A stretch of DNA of 64,000 nucleotides, from assembly GCA_017645945.1 (NCBI GenBank), contig JAGCNL010000018.1:64249-128248 (forward strand). The letters run 5' to 3'. The stretch comes from Salinivirgaceae bacterium (GTDB lineage Bacteria > Bacteroidota > Bacteroidia > Bacteroidales > SZUA-534). Below are positions 8,155 through 16,678 of this stretch, one piece after another (within the stretch, counting starts at the first letter, position 1; the number at the start of each line of letters is the position of its first letter). A model generated the notes under the pieces. That model ran no database searches. It saw nothing but the letters and a program-made list of their open reading frames with translations, and was not told the origin of the DNA. Made by a program: the position numbers and the translations under genes.

Positions 8155-8523
8155 ATGGCTAAAGACTCAGAATCGCTCCGCGACCAAATTAACATAATTG
8201 GCGGAGGAACAACCATCAATGGCGACATCGACTGCAATGGCGATATGCGCATCGACGGAAAAGTTAAGGGAAACATCAACGTGTCTGGCAAGATTGTAAT
8301 TGGCGGCACGGGTGTCATCAATGGACAAATTACTTGCAAAAACTCGGAAATAGAAGGCAAAGTTGACGGCAAACTATTTGTGGATGAGCTGCTTGTACTG
8401 AAAAGCACAGCCGCCATTCTGGGCGATATCACAACCACAAAACTTGCCATTGAGCCAGGCGCAACCTTCACCGGCAACTGCAAGATGGACGGCAAAGCTC
8501 AAGCCAATGCCGCAGCAAAATGA
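8155..8523 (+). CDS. Bactofilin (polymer-forming cytoskeletal protein, DUF583)
   Basis: It shows the repetitive beta-helix pattern I.G...I.G.I...G...IDGKVKGNI. Confidence 0.85.
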   Translation: MAKDSESLRDQINIIGGGTTINGDIDCNGDMRIDGKVKGNINVSGKIVIGGTGVINGQITCKNSEIEGKVDGKLFVDELLVLKSTAAILGDITTTKLAIEPGATFTGNCKMDGKAQANAAAK

Positions 8524-8722
8524 CGATTTGAAAAACAATCTTAACAATTATGCCAAGTATTCGGGCCTTGCGTTCGAAATGCTTGGCATTATTGTTTTGG
8601 GCGTGTGGGGCGGAATCAAACTCGATGCCTGCCTCAACTCCAAGCCTCTGCTCACAATCGTGCTGTCGCTCGGCGCCGTGGCGGCGGCAATGTATCTGGT
8701 TGTGGTCAAAACCCGTGAATAG
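8507..8722 (+). CDS. AtpZ/AtpI-like small membrane protein
   Basis: YAKYSGLAFEMLGIIVLGVWGGIKLD is followed by a second TM helix. I chose the ATG at 8507, which overlaps the bactofilin 3' end. Confidence 0.6.
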   Translation: MPQQNDDLKNNLNNYAKYSGLAFEMLGIIVLGVWGGIKLDACLNSKPLLTIVLSLGAVAAAMYLVVVKTRE

Positions 8723-8804
8723 CCGCGGAACTTACGCCGCATCAGCCACAAAAAAAGGATTGCCGTTTCCGACAATCCCTCTCTATTTCACTTTAACTAA
8801 TTAA

Positions 8805-9557
8805 TCAAAGTTCGGCAAGACCTGAGTCAACCAGGATACGACCGCAGTACTCGCAAACAATGATGCGTTTGCGTGAGCGGATATCCACTTGACGCTGAGG
8901 TGGAATCTTGTTGAAGCAGCCGCCGCAGGCATCACGCTGTACGGTAACCACAGCCAAGCCGTTGCGAACATTTCCGCTGATGCGGTTGAAGGCTGTCAGG
9001 TAGCGCTCGTCGATAAGCTTCTCAATTTCAGCTTTTTTGGCGTTCAATTCGTCTTCCTTCTTCTGAGTTTCAGAAACGATGCTGTCCAACTCGCTGCGTT
9101 TCTGTGTCAGGTCGCCATTGCGCTCCTCGTATGTTGTTTCCGATTTCTCGATAATCTCTTTCTTGTGCTCAACCTCAGCAGTGTACTCGCGGATGTGCTT
9201 CTCGCTCAGTTCGATTTCAAGGTTTTGGAACTCAATTTCCTTCGACAGTGAATCGTACTCACGGTTATTGCGGACATTGTCCTGCTGCGATTGGTATTTC
9301 TTTATATCTTCTTGGCACTGAACGATTTTGTGCTTTTCGTTCACGATTTTCTGCTCGTTATCCTTAACTTCAGCCTTCAGGTTGGCGATACGGGTCTGCA
9401 AACCAGCCAGTTCGTCTTCAAGGTCCTGGACTTCAAGCGGAAGTTCGCCGCGCAAACTCTTGATTTTGTTGATTTCTGTCTGAATCTGCTGCAAATCGTA
9501 CAGATTCTTCAGTTTTTGTTCCATTGGAACATCCACCTTTTGATTTTTGTCATCCAT
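8805..9557 (-). CDS. Coiled-coil protein with C4 zinc ribbon (COG1579/DUF164 type)
   Basis: A long coiled coil is followed by CGGC...17 aa...CEYCGRIL. It is the conserved downstream partner of the Nif3 gene. Confidence 0.8.
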   Translation of the reverse strand: MDDKNQKVDVPMEQKLKNLYDLQQIQTEINKIKSLRGELPLEVQDLEDELAGLQTRIANLKAEVKDNEQKIVNEKHKIVQCQEDIKKYQSQQDNVRNNREYDSLSKEIEFQNLEIELSEKHIREYTAEVEHKKEIIEKSETTYEERNGDLTQKRSELDSIVSETQKKEDELNAKKAEIEKLIDERYLTAFNRISGNVRNGLAVVTVQRDACGGCFNKIPPQRQVDIRSRKRIIVCEYCGRILVDSGLAEL

Positions 9558-9560
9558 GCG

Positions 9561-10658
9561 TTATACGTATTTTATCGGATTTGTATTTACCTTCGTCAAT
9601 CGGACTGCAAAATTAGAAAATTTTCCAGTAACTAATTCATAAAAAAGTTCTTTTGTGAATTGCTCACTTTCATAATGCCCGATGTCGGCTAAAACAAACG
9701 GATAGCGGGCGTCGAAGAACTGATGGTACTTGATGTCGGCGGTGAGCAGAATGTCAGCACCAGCTCTCATGGCGTCGCAAATCAGGAAACTGCCAGCGCC
9801 TCCGCACACGGCAACCTTCTTTATCGGCGTTTCGGGCAGACGGGTATGACGGATGCAACCGCAGCCGAAAATCTGTTTCACCCTTTGCAGGAATTCCGCC
9901 GCGTTTTCGGGCTTTGGCAGCGTGCCAATGATGCCGCTCCCAGCCATTGCAAAACTGTTGTCGAGCGGATAGATGTCGAATGCCGGCTCCTCATAAGGAT
10001 GGACGCTCAGCATTGCACTCACCACTTTGGAAACCAGATGTTTAGGTGCGATGGTCTCGATGCGAGTCTCAGGTTCAAAATGCGTCTGCCCAATTTCGCC
10101 CACGTAAGGATTGCAGCCTTCCTCAGCCTTGAACGAGCCTTCGCCCTGAAGGTTGTAGCTGCAACTATTGTAATTACCGATACTGCCTGCTCCTGCCTCA
10201 AACATGGCGTTGCGCACCGCTTCGGCGTTAGCCGTCGGCACAAAAACCACAATCTTGCGCAGATTGCCGCCCATCGGGGAAAGAATCCGAGTGTCAGCCA
10301 GTCCTAACTTGCTGGCAATTTTGCTGTTAACACCGTTCAGCAGCATATTGTCGAGGTTGGTGTGCGCGGCATAAACAGCCACATCGTTTTTAATGGCCTT
10401 GACAAGCGTGCGCTCAACATCACTGCCGCCGCTGAATTTCTTCAGTCCGCCAAAAACAAACGGATGATGAGCGATTATCAGATTGAATCCCAAACTGATA
10501 GCCTCATCAACCACCTCCTCGGTCACATCGAGGCAGATGAGCGCTCCTGTGGCCTCAACCTTGCGGTCTCCAACAATCAGCCCGGCATTGTCATACGATT
10601 CCTGCATGGCCAGCGGCGCCACACTTTCGATAAAATCGGTTATTTCAGCAATTTTCAT
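9561..10658 (-). CDS. Nif3-like dinuclear metal centre protein (YbgI/YqfO family)
   Basis: [11 protein letters not shown]...DNAGL.VG ... IIAHHP ... HTNLD motifs. I trimmed the start to the ATG at 10658. Confidence 0.88.
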   Translation of the reverse strand: MKIAEITDFIESVAPLAMQESYDNAGLIVGDRKVEATGALICLDVTEEVVDEAISLGFNLIIAHHPFVFGGLKKFSGGSDVERTLVKAIKNDVAVYAAHTNLDNMLLNGVNSKIASKLGLADTRILSPMGGNLRKIVVFVPTANAEAVRNAMFEAGAGSIGNYNSCSYNLQGEGSFKAEEGCNPYVGEIGQTHFEPETRIETIAPKHLVSKVVSAMLSVHPYEEPAFDIYPLDNSFAMAGSGIIGTLPKPENAAEFLQRVKQIFGCGCIRHTRLPETPIKKVAVCGGAGSFLICDAMRAGADILLTADIKYHQFFDARYPFVLADIGHYESEQFTKELFYELVTGKFSNFAVRLTKVNTNPIKYV

Positions 10659-10811
10659 TCCCAAAGTTTTTGTCGTGAACTTAAAAAAGCCTTTCAGAAA
10701 CGCGCTGAAAGGCTTTAGCAAGAAATCTTATTTTTTACCCATTAAATACATTGCCAATAATAGACAAAAAATCCGTAACCAGCAACTTTTTTATGTTTTT
10801 TTTGAAATATC

Positions 10812-10819
10812 TATCTTTG
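10812..10819 (+). promoter_or_regulatory. -7 box TATCTTTG for trmD
   Basis: It matches TAnnTTTG, 24 nt upstream of the ATG at 10843. Confidence 0.45.
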
Positions 10820-10842
10820 CCACCGAACAAAACCGAAACGCC

Positions 10843-11520
10843 ATGCGCATCGACATCATCACCGTTGTGCCCGAAATTCTCGACGGGCCGTTCAGCCAGA
10901 GCATCATCGGGCGAGCTCAGAAGAAAGGCATTGCCGAAATCCACATTCACAATCTGCGCGACTACTCGACTGACAAGCACCGCCGCTGCGATGACTATGC
11001 CTTCAGCGGAAGCGCCGGAATGGTGATGACTATCCAGCCCATTGAGGCGTGCATTGAGCACCTGAAGAGCGAGCGCGACTACGATGAAACCATCTACACA
11101 TCACCCGACGGCGAGATGTTCAACCAGCCGATGGCCAACCAAATGTCGCAATTGCAGAACATCATCATCCTTTGCGGACACTACAAAGGCATCGACCAGC
11201 GCGTGCGTGACCATTTGATTACCAAAGAGATATCGATCGGCGACTATGTGCTCACGGGCGGCGAACTGGCGGCTGCTGTCATTGCTGATGCTGTGGTGCG
11301 TCTCATTCCGGGCGCCATCAGCGATGAGACTTCGGCCCTCTCCGACTCGTTTCAGGACAACCTGCTGTCGGCACCTGTCTACACCCGCCCGGCTGACTAC
11401 AAAGGCTGGAAAGTGCCCGAGGTACTGCTGTCGGGCAACGAGCGCCTTATCGAGGACTGGAAATACGAGCAGGCACTTGAACGCACCCGCCGTCTGCGAC
11501 CGGACTTGCTTGGCGAATGA
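10843..11520 (+). CDS. trmD: tRNA (guanine37-N1)-methyltransferase
   Basis: [11 protein letters not shown]..., HNLRDY..DKHR..DD..(F)GG..GMV, GHY(K)[17 protein letters not shown]. Confidence 0.93.
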   Translation: MRIDIITVVPEILDGPFSQSIIGRAQKKGIAEIHIHNLRDYSTDKHRRCDDYAFSGSAGMVMTIQPIEACIEHLKSERDYDETIYTSPDGEMFNQPMANQMSQLQNIIILCGHYKGIDQRVRDHLITKEISIGDYVLTGGELAAAVIADAVVRLIPGAISDETSALSDSFQDNLLSAPVYTRPADYKGWKVPEVLLSGNERLIEDWKYEQALERTRRLRPDLLGE

Positions 11521-11530
11521 GTTTTAAGCT

Positions 11531-11596
11531 TCTAACCGATTCACTCCGTTTTTTCCCGATAATATTTTCGGCTCGAATCTGATAAAATCGGTTAGA
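11531..11596. repeat. Inverted-repeat element (TCTAACCGATT ... AATCGGTTAGA)
   Basis: Perfect 11-bp arms are separated by 44 nt, between trmD and trxA. The arm core is the same as the CTCTAACC family. Confidence 0.6.
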
Positions 11597-11643
11597 GATA
11601 AAACAATAAATTCTACATTTACCGACAACAAAAAAACACGAAT

Positions 11644-11961
11644 ATGGCACAAAGAATAACCGACGCTGATTTCGAGGCTGAAGTTCTGAAATCGGCAATT
11701 CCAGTAGTAGTTGACTTTTGGGCAGAATGGTGCGGACCTTGCAAAATGCTGCTTCCGATTGTCGAAGAGCTTGCCGCCGAATACGAGGGCAAAGTGAAGA
11801 TTGTTAAGATGAACGTTGACGAGGCAGAGAACACTCCGGCTCAGTTCGGCATCCGCAACATCCCCACTCTGCTGTTCTTCAAGAACGGCGAGGTGGTCGA
11901 CAAGCAGGTTGGCGCAGCTGCAAAACCGGCTCTGACCGCAAAAATCGACGCTCTGCTGTAA
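11644..11961 (+). CDS. trxA: Thioredoxin
   Basis: 105 aa with the WCGPCK active site. Confidence 0.95.
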   Translation: MAQRITDADFEAEVLKSAIPVVVDFWAEWCGPCKMLLPIVEELAAEYEGKVKIVKMNVDEAENTPAQFGIRNIPTLLFFKNGEVVDKQVGAAAKPALTAKIDALL

Positions 11962-11982
11962 TTTGATTTAACAGATGCTAAA

Positions 11983-12020
11983 CCGCTGCAATCTGACTAT
12001 CGGGTTGCGGCGTTTTTTTT
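11983..12020 (+). terminator. Rho-independent terminator of trxA
   Basis: CCGCTGCAA...TTGCGGCG stem followed by T8. Confidence 0.7.
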
Positions 12021-12125
12021 GCGTATGTGGATTGAAAAAGAAATCAAACAACCAGATACAATATTTAGATTTGGGTCTCGTTCTAACTTTACTTTTAATA
12101 AACAACAATCTCTAAATTCTGTTTT

Positions 12126-12506
12126 ATGAAAAAAATTGTTTGTGCATTGCTGATACTTACTGCATTTGCAAGCTGCAAAAAAGACAAGGAATCATCTTCT
12201 GACTCAACAAAAGTATTTTTCTACACCAACGCTCAAATGATTGTGAATTGCGGGGCTTTCGGTGTCGATGTTTATGTGGATGACAAACTTTGCGGCACAT
12301 TGGAGAATCCTTATTCCGACAAAAAATTATCAATTCCTTGCGACACAAAAGACACCGATGGCGCCATTCTTGCCGTTGATATTGAACAAGGAAATCATAA
12401 ATTCAAAGCTACGGGCGATTGCAGCAATATGGTTTGCTCAGGCGAATTTAATGTCACTAATGACGATTGCCAATCTGTATTCATTGATTTTACCGCCAAA
12501 GATTAA
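12126..12506 (+). CDS. Small Cys-rich lipoprotein (hypothetical)
   Basis: Lipobox LTAFASC follows a basic, hydrophobic N-terminus. Confidence 0.7.
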   Translation: MKKIVCALLILTAFASCKKDKESSSDSTKVFFYTNAQMIVNCGAFGVDVYVDDKLCGTLENPYSDKKLSIPCDTKDTDGAILAVDIEQGNHKFKATGDCSNMVCSGEFNVTNDDCQSVFIDFTAKD

Positions 12507-12533
12507 TAATTAAAACCATCACCTTGTCGATGG

Positions 12534-12578
12534 AAAAAAAACGCCGCAATCCTGCATTTGGGTTGCGGCGGTTTTTTG
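12534..12578. terminator. Bidirectional terminator between the lipoprotein gene and comM
   Basis: A7-CGCCGCAA...TTGCGGCG-GT6 lies between convergent genes. Confidence 0.7.
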
Positions 12579-12648
12579 TTTGGCAATCGTTAACGGACGC
12601 GGCACGCCACGTCCCTACATTCAATCCTTCAATCCTTCACACATTCAA

Positions 12649-14196
12649 TCATTGTCCCCAATTATCTCTGTCGAGGCTGCGGTATTGGATGGCTTCGGCA
12701 AGGTGTTCTGGTTTGATTTCTGACTCTCCGGCAAGGTCAGCAATGGTGCGCGAAACCTTTAGAATGCGGTCGTAAGCGCGGGCCGAGAGACCGATTTTCT
12801 CCATTGCGTGTTTAATCATATCGCTGCACTCGGTGCTCAAAGCGCAGTATTTGCGGATGAGCCGCGTCGACATCTGCGCGTTGCAGTGCACACCCTGAAA
12901 ATCGGCAAAGCGCTCCTGCTGAATGGCGCGGGCTTTTGTCACACGCTCACGGATTTGTGCGCTTGTCTCGAGTTGTTCCTTGCCTGACAGTTTATCGAAA
13001 GGCACAGGTACCACCTCAATGTGAATATCGATGCGGTCGAGCAGCGGACCTGAGATGCGGCTCATATACTTCTGGCGCATCATCGGCGTGCAGGTGCAAT
13101 CCTTCTCGGGATGGTTGTAGTAGCCGCACGGACACGGGTTCATGCTGGCCACAAGCATAAAACTGGCTGGATATTCAACGGTGAACTTGGCACGCGATAT
13201 GGTTATCACGCGGTCCTCGAGCGGTTGCCGCATAACTTCGAGCACTGTGCGCTGGAATTCAGGCAGTTCGTCGAGGAAGAGCACACCGTTGTGAGCAAGC
13301 GAAATCTCGCCCGGCTGCGGGAATGTGCCGCCACCCACAAGCGCCACATCGCTGATGGTGTGGTGCGGCGAGCGGAACGGCCGTTTTGTCATCAAGCTGG
13401 TCTCACGGTCGATTTTGCCAGCTACCGAATGTATCTTGGTGGTTTCCAGCGCTTCGTGCAGTGTGAACGGCGGCAGAATTGATGGCAGACGTTTTGCCAG
13501 CATCGTCTTTCCTGCTCCCGGAGGGCCAATCATTATAATGTTGTGACCGCCGGCAGCGGCAATCTCCATAGCGCGCTTCACATTTTCCTGTCCGCGCACA
13601 TCGGCAAAATCTGAATCCCAATGGTTTACACTGTTTGCGAACTCCTCACGGGTGTTCACAACGGTTGGTTCGAGTTGGGCATCACCATTCAAGAAATCCA
13701 CCACCTCGCGGATATTTTCAACGCCGTAAACTTCCAAATTGTTGACCACGGCGGCCTCGCGGGCGTTCTGCTTTGGCAGGATGAACCCTTTAAAACCCTC
13801 CTCGCGTGCCTTGATGGCGATGGGCAGAGCGCCTTTTATTGGTTGCAGGCTGCCGTCGAGCGAGAGTTCGCCCATGATTATGTAATCCTCAACCGCGCTC
13901 GGCTGAATCTGCCCCGAAGCAGCCATAATGCCCACGGCCAGTGTCAAGTCGTAAGCCGAGCCCTCCTTGCGGATATCGGCGGGCGCCATGTTGATGACAA
14001 TTGTCTTGCCAGGCATCTGATAACCATTGTTTTTCAGCGCGGCATAAATACGCTGCTGGCTCTCCTTTACGGCATTATCAGGCAATCCGACAAGGAAAAA
14101 AGCCATTCCCGGGCTGATATCAACCTCAACGGTGATGGTTATGGCGTCGATTCCGAAAACAGCCGAGCCGTATGTTTTCACAAGACAATTTTCCAT
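12649..14196 (-). CDS. comM: YifB/ComM family Mg-chelatase-like AAA+ ATPase
   Basis: It has an N-terminal Lon-like domain, Walker A GPPGAGKT, LFLDELPEF, and C-terminal ARAYDRILKVSRTIADL. Confidence 0.93.
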   Translation of the reverse strand: MENCLVKTYGSAVFGIDAITITVEVDISPGMAFFLVGLPDNAVKESQQRIYAALKNNGYQMPGKTIVINMAPADIRKEGSAYDLTLAVGIMAASGQIQPSAVEDYIIMGELSLDGSLQPIKGALPIAIKAREEGFKGFILPKQNAREAAVVNNLEVYGVENIREVVDFLNGDAQLEPTVVNTREEFANSVNHWDSDFADVRGQENVKRAMEIAAAGGHNIIMIGPPGAGKTMLAKRLPSILPPFTLHEALETTKIHSVAGKIDRETSLMTKRPFRSPHHTISDVALVGGGTFPQPGEISLAHNGVLFLDELPEFQRTVLEVMRQPLEDRVITISRAKFTVEYPASFMLVASMNPCPCGYYNHPEKDCTCTPMMRQKYMSRISGPLLDRIDIHIEVVPVPFDKLSGKEQLETSAQIRERVTKARAIQQERFADFQGVHCNAQMSTRLIRKYCALSTECSDMIKHAMEKIGLSARAYDRILKVSRTIADLAGESEIKPEHLAEAIQYRSLDRDNWGQ

Positions 14197-14202
14197 TTCA
14201 CG

Positions 14203-14826
14203 TCAATTAATGGTTGCAGGGCGCTCTGTCCGGTCAGTCAGTTCAAAATCGCCGAGCCGACGGTGACAATATTTTATAATGCCCTCGTTTTGAGCAATAT
14301 AAATTTTATGAACTATGGTTCCTGGCATCGTTGCGGTATCCAATTCGGCAACAATCACATGGTCATAGGTTTTTCCACCCACTTTCACCCCATCGGCATA
14401 CGTTGCCGACTCAATGCCGCCATTGTCTTTTATGCAAAACCTGAAACTGTCGTATTTTTCTGGGTAATAGAAAACGCCGTTATAATAGCCATAGTGCTGG
14501 AATTTGTACTCGAAATCGGTGCGGCGGTTCAACTTGTTAGCATAGCAAATCAGCTGAATATTGTTGGTTGAGTCGATATTCGTTTTGCTGCGAGCGCTCG
14601 ACTCACATTCACAAGCCTCAGTCCGCCCCACAGTGTAATACTTCGACGAATTTGACTCAACAATAGTGAACGACTGGCTGCTGTGAGGTCCGGTGAATTT
14701 CACCTCCTCGCCCTGATAGTACGAAATCCAAGCCTCCATGTCGGCTGGAAACGGCGGGCAGTGCGTCTCCTTGGTGCAGCCAATGAATAAAATGACTAGC
14801 GCGGCTGGCAGTATTTTTTTTATCAT
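14203..14826 (-). CDS. Hypothetical lipoprotein
   Basis: MIKKILPAALVILFIGC lipobox. Its ATG overlaps the TGA of the upstream DUF262 gene (ATGA). Confidence 0.65.
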   Translation of the reverse strand: MIKKILPAALVILFIGCTKETHCPPFPADMEAWISYYQGEEVKFTGPHSSQSFTIVESNSSKYYTVGRTEACECESSARSKTNIDSTNNIQLICYANKLNRRTDFEYKFQHYGYYNGVFYYPEKYDSFRFCIKDNGGIESATYADGVKVGGKTYDHVIVAELDTATMPGTIVHKIYIAQNEGIIKYCHRRLGDFELTDRTERPATIN

Positions 14827-15926
14827 ATCTCGTTTTTGATTAGCGATTGAATCCACTGCACATCCTCTTTCAGGCGCGTTGCAGCCGATGCCGAATAACG
14901 TTTTGAGAATTTAGCGTCCCAGAACCATTTTTCAAGTGTTTTCTGATGACTCGGGTCGATGGTTTTGGCCTCCGACACAAAGAAATAATACTGCAGCGTC
15001 GGGATGAGGTTGTGATACATCGACAGGTCGCCCGAAAGGCGCATCTGCTTCAGAAAATCGAGCGAGCTGAGCAGCGCCGACTTGGTCCTTGGCCATATCT
15101 TCTGACAAATTTCAGGCGTCAACTTGAGCTGATAGAGACTGCGGGCATCGCCGAAAGCGTTGATTGTCAGCGAAAGTGAGAAAACCTTCTCTCCCAACCG
15201 ACCGAACTGCTTGATGCGCTGTGCGGTGTTGAAATCGTCGATGTTCTGCTTCAGGTCGAACTTCTCACTCCAGGTGGTTGCGTGAATCAAATCAAAGATT
15301 GTGAGGTGCTTGCCGCCCTGGTTGATGCGCTCGAAAATCTCAACCACGTCGTCAATCTCGGTGTTGGTGGTGAGAACAATACTCATCGGGTAATTCAGGA
15401 AAATCTCGCGGCACTCGCGCACGTTCTGCGCAGCCTTGCTGGTTTTCTTGCCATTGTCGACAGCGGCAACAACGGCCTCAAACTCCTCATCATCAATAAT
15501 CTGCCAGACGGGAATATTGTTTTTCTCACGCTGGCTGCGCGGAATCACAAACTCGCAGCGCTCAGCATTGAAGCAAATCGACGAATAGTCGCAGTCGCCC
15601 ATGGTTTTGCCCATCAGCGCCACAAAAAGCGACATGATGCGCTGCTGACCGTCCAGAATGAACTGAAAATCACCATCGGTCTTGGTATCGTTGATGCCCT
15701 CGATGTCGAACGGGCGAATGAAAAACGCATATTTGGCTGGCGCTTTCCAAAAGAACAGCGAGCCGATGGGGTACTGGTGATAGATGGAATTGAGCAGTTT
15801 CACCACCTTCGATTTCTCCCAAATATAGTCGCGCTGGAAACGCGGTATCTTGATGTTGCCGGCTTTCAGCTCGGTGAGCAGGCGGTGCAGCGTCCAGTCG
15901 TTTATAATACTGATTTTCTGGTCCAT
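14823..15926 (-). CDS. DUF262 (ParB/GmrSD N-terminal-like) domain protein without a recognisable DUF1524 nuclease domain
   Basis: IPRFQRDYIW...LLNSI...YPIGS..FW and DGQQR motifs. I saw no His-Me finger motif in the C-terminal half. Confidence 0.8.
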   Translation of the reverse strand: MDQKISIINDWTLHRLLTELKAGNIKIPRFQRDYIWEKSKVVKLLNSIYHQYPIGSLFFWKAPAKYAFFIRPFDIEGINDTKTDGDFQFILDGQQRIMSLFVALMGKTMGDCDYSSICFNAERCEFVIPRSQREKNNIPVWQIIDDEEFEAVVAAVDNGKKTSKAAQNVRECREIFLNYPMSIVLTTNTEIDDVVEIFERINQGGKHLTIFDLIHATTWSEKFDLKQNIDDFNTAQRIKQFGRLGEKVFSLSLTINAFGDARSLYQLKLTPEICQKIWPRTKSALLSSLDFLKQMRLSGDLSMYHNLIPTLQYYFFVSEAKTIDPSHQKTLEKWFWDAKFSKRYSASAATRLKEDVQWIQSLIKNEI

Positions 15927-16060
15927 ACGTTGTTGTTTAAATATTCAATCAGAGTGTTGTCAAAAACCACTATTCATCGGTTTTTCTATGGAATTTCAAA
16001 TATATAACTTTTTGCCTACAACAATACGAAAAATTCTTTTGCCGATTTTGATGAGAGGGT

Positions 16061-16530
16061 TGGAATATTTAGGAGTTAGGAGTTAGGAATTAATAATGAA
16101 CAATTAATAATTAACAATGAATCAGATGTTTAGTGGGTTGAGAAAGTTTAGAAAGTTTAGAAAACTCAACAGCGAAGCCCCCGATAGTTATCGGGATAAG
16201 CATTAGGCACTAGGCATTAGTATAAAAGTTCATTGTCAATTGTTCATTGCCTCAAGTCCAAGACTAAACACTCCCCTCTAACCCTTCACAGGCACTAGGT
16301 GTTGGGTGTTGGGTGTTGGGTGTTAGGCATTAGAATATTTAGGAGTTAGGAGTTAGGAGTTAGGAGTTAGGTATTAATAATTAACAATTTAGGGAAAGGT
16401 CGAGAAGACTTGGAAACTCTACTTTCTCAACCGCGTAGCGTCTAAACTTCTCAACCTCTAAACGATTCACCAGTTCACCGATTAAACAATTAAACAGTTC
16501 ACCGATTAAACAATTAAACGGTTTTGGGTT
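16061..16530. repeat. Mosaic of short-period tandem word repeats
   Basis: TTAGGAG x3 (16069-16089) and x5 (16339-16373); GGTGTTG x4 (16298-16325); CATTAGG/CACTAGG (16201-16220); AGAAAGTTT units (16141-16165); a 23-nt unit x2 (16470-16520); palindrome CCCGATAGTTATCGGG (16180-16195). Confidence 0.85.
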
Positions 16531-16535
16531 GTTTT

Positions 16536-16678
16536 GGATAAGTTTGGTTAGAGATTGATTTTGAACAATTTTGTTTTTAAATTTTATAAAATTTCTGCCC
16601 GTCAGGGCATGCAACATATAAAAAAACGAAGGGGCGATTTTCATCGCCCCAACGTTTTATCTCTAACCGATTTTATCC
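16536..16678. repeat. Inverted-repeat element enclosing the terminator of giant gene 1
   Basis: GGATAAGTTTGGTTAGAG (16536-16553) faces CTCTAACCGATTTTATCC (16661-16678). Confidence 0.55.

Noticed and set aside
10483-10842. N-terminal extensions of track ORFs (trmD from 10483, Nif3 to 10721, DUF4340-like to 57390, gene 2 to 43105, ABC ATPase from 50253, AAA ATPase from 46642, higB to 60379)
   Set aside because: The extensions overlap neighbouring genes or promoter or repeat DNA and precede canonical N-termini (MRIDII, MKIAEI, signal peptides, MIEIENL). I used the internal ATGs.
11983-12578. The two terminators (11983-12020 and 12534-12578) share GCAATC..TG....GGGTTGCGGCG(G)TTTTTT, hinting at another repeat family
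   Set aside because: There are only two copies, and the similarity is largely what any GC-stem plus T-tract terminator pair could show. That is not enough evidence for a family.
16061-16530. Possible CRISPR array in the repeat-rich spacers (also 45506-45712, 52262-52540 and 56032-56250)
   Set aside because: The repeat units are only 7-11 nt and directly tandem. There are no unique 25-40-nt spacers between longer conserved repeats, and no cas genes lie in the window.
16381-16644. 87-aa minus-strand ORF in the track
   Set aside because: It runs across the terminator, the IR element and a 23-nt tandem repeat (hence NCLIGEL twice). It has no plausible start context and is downstream of gene 1's terminator.
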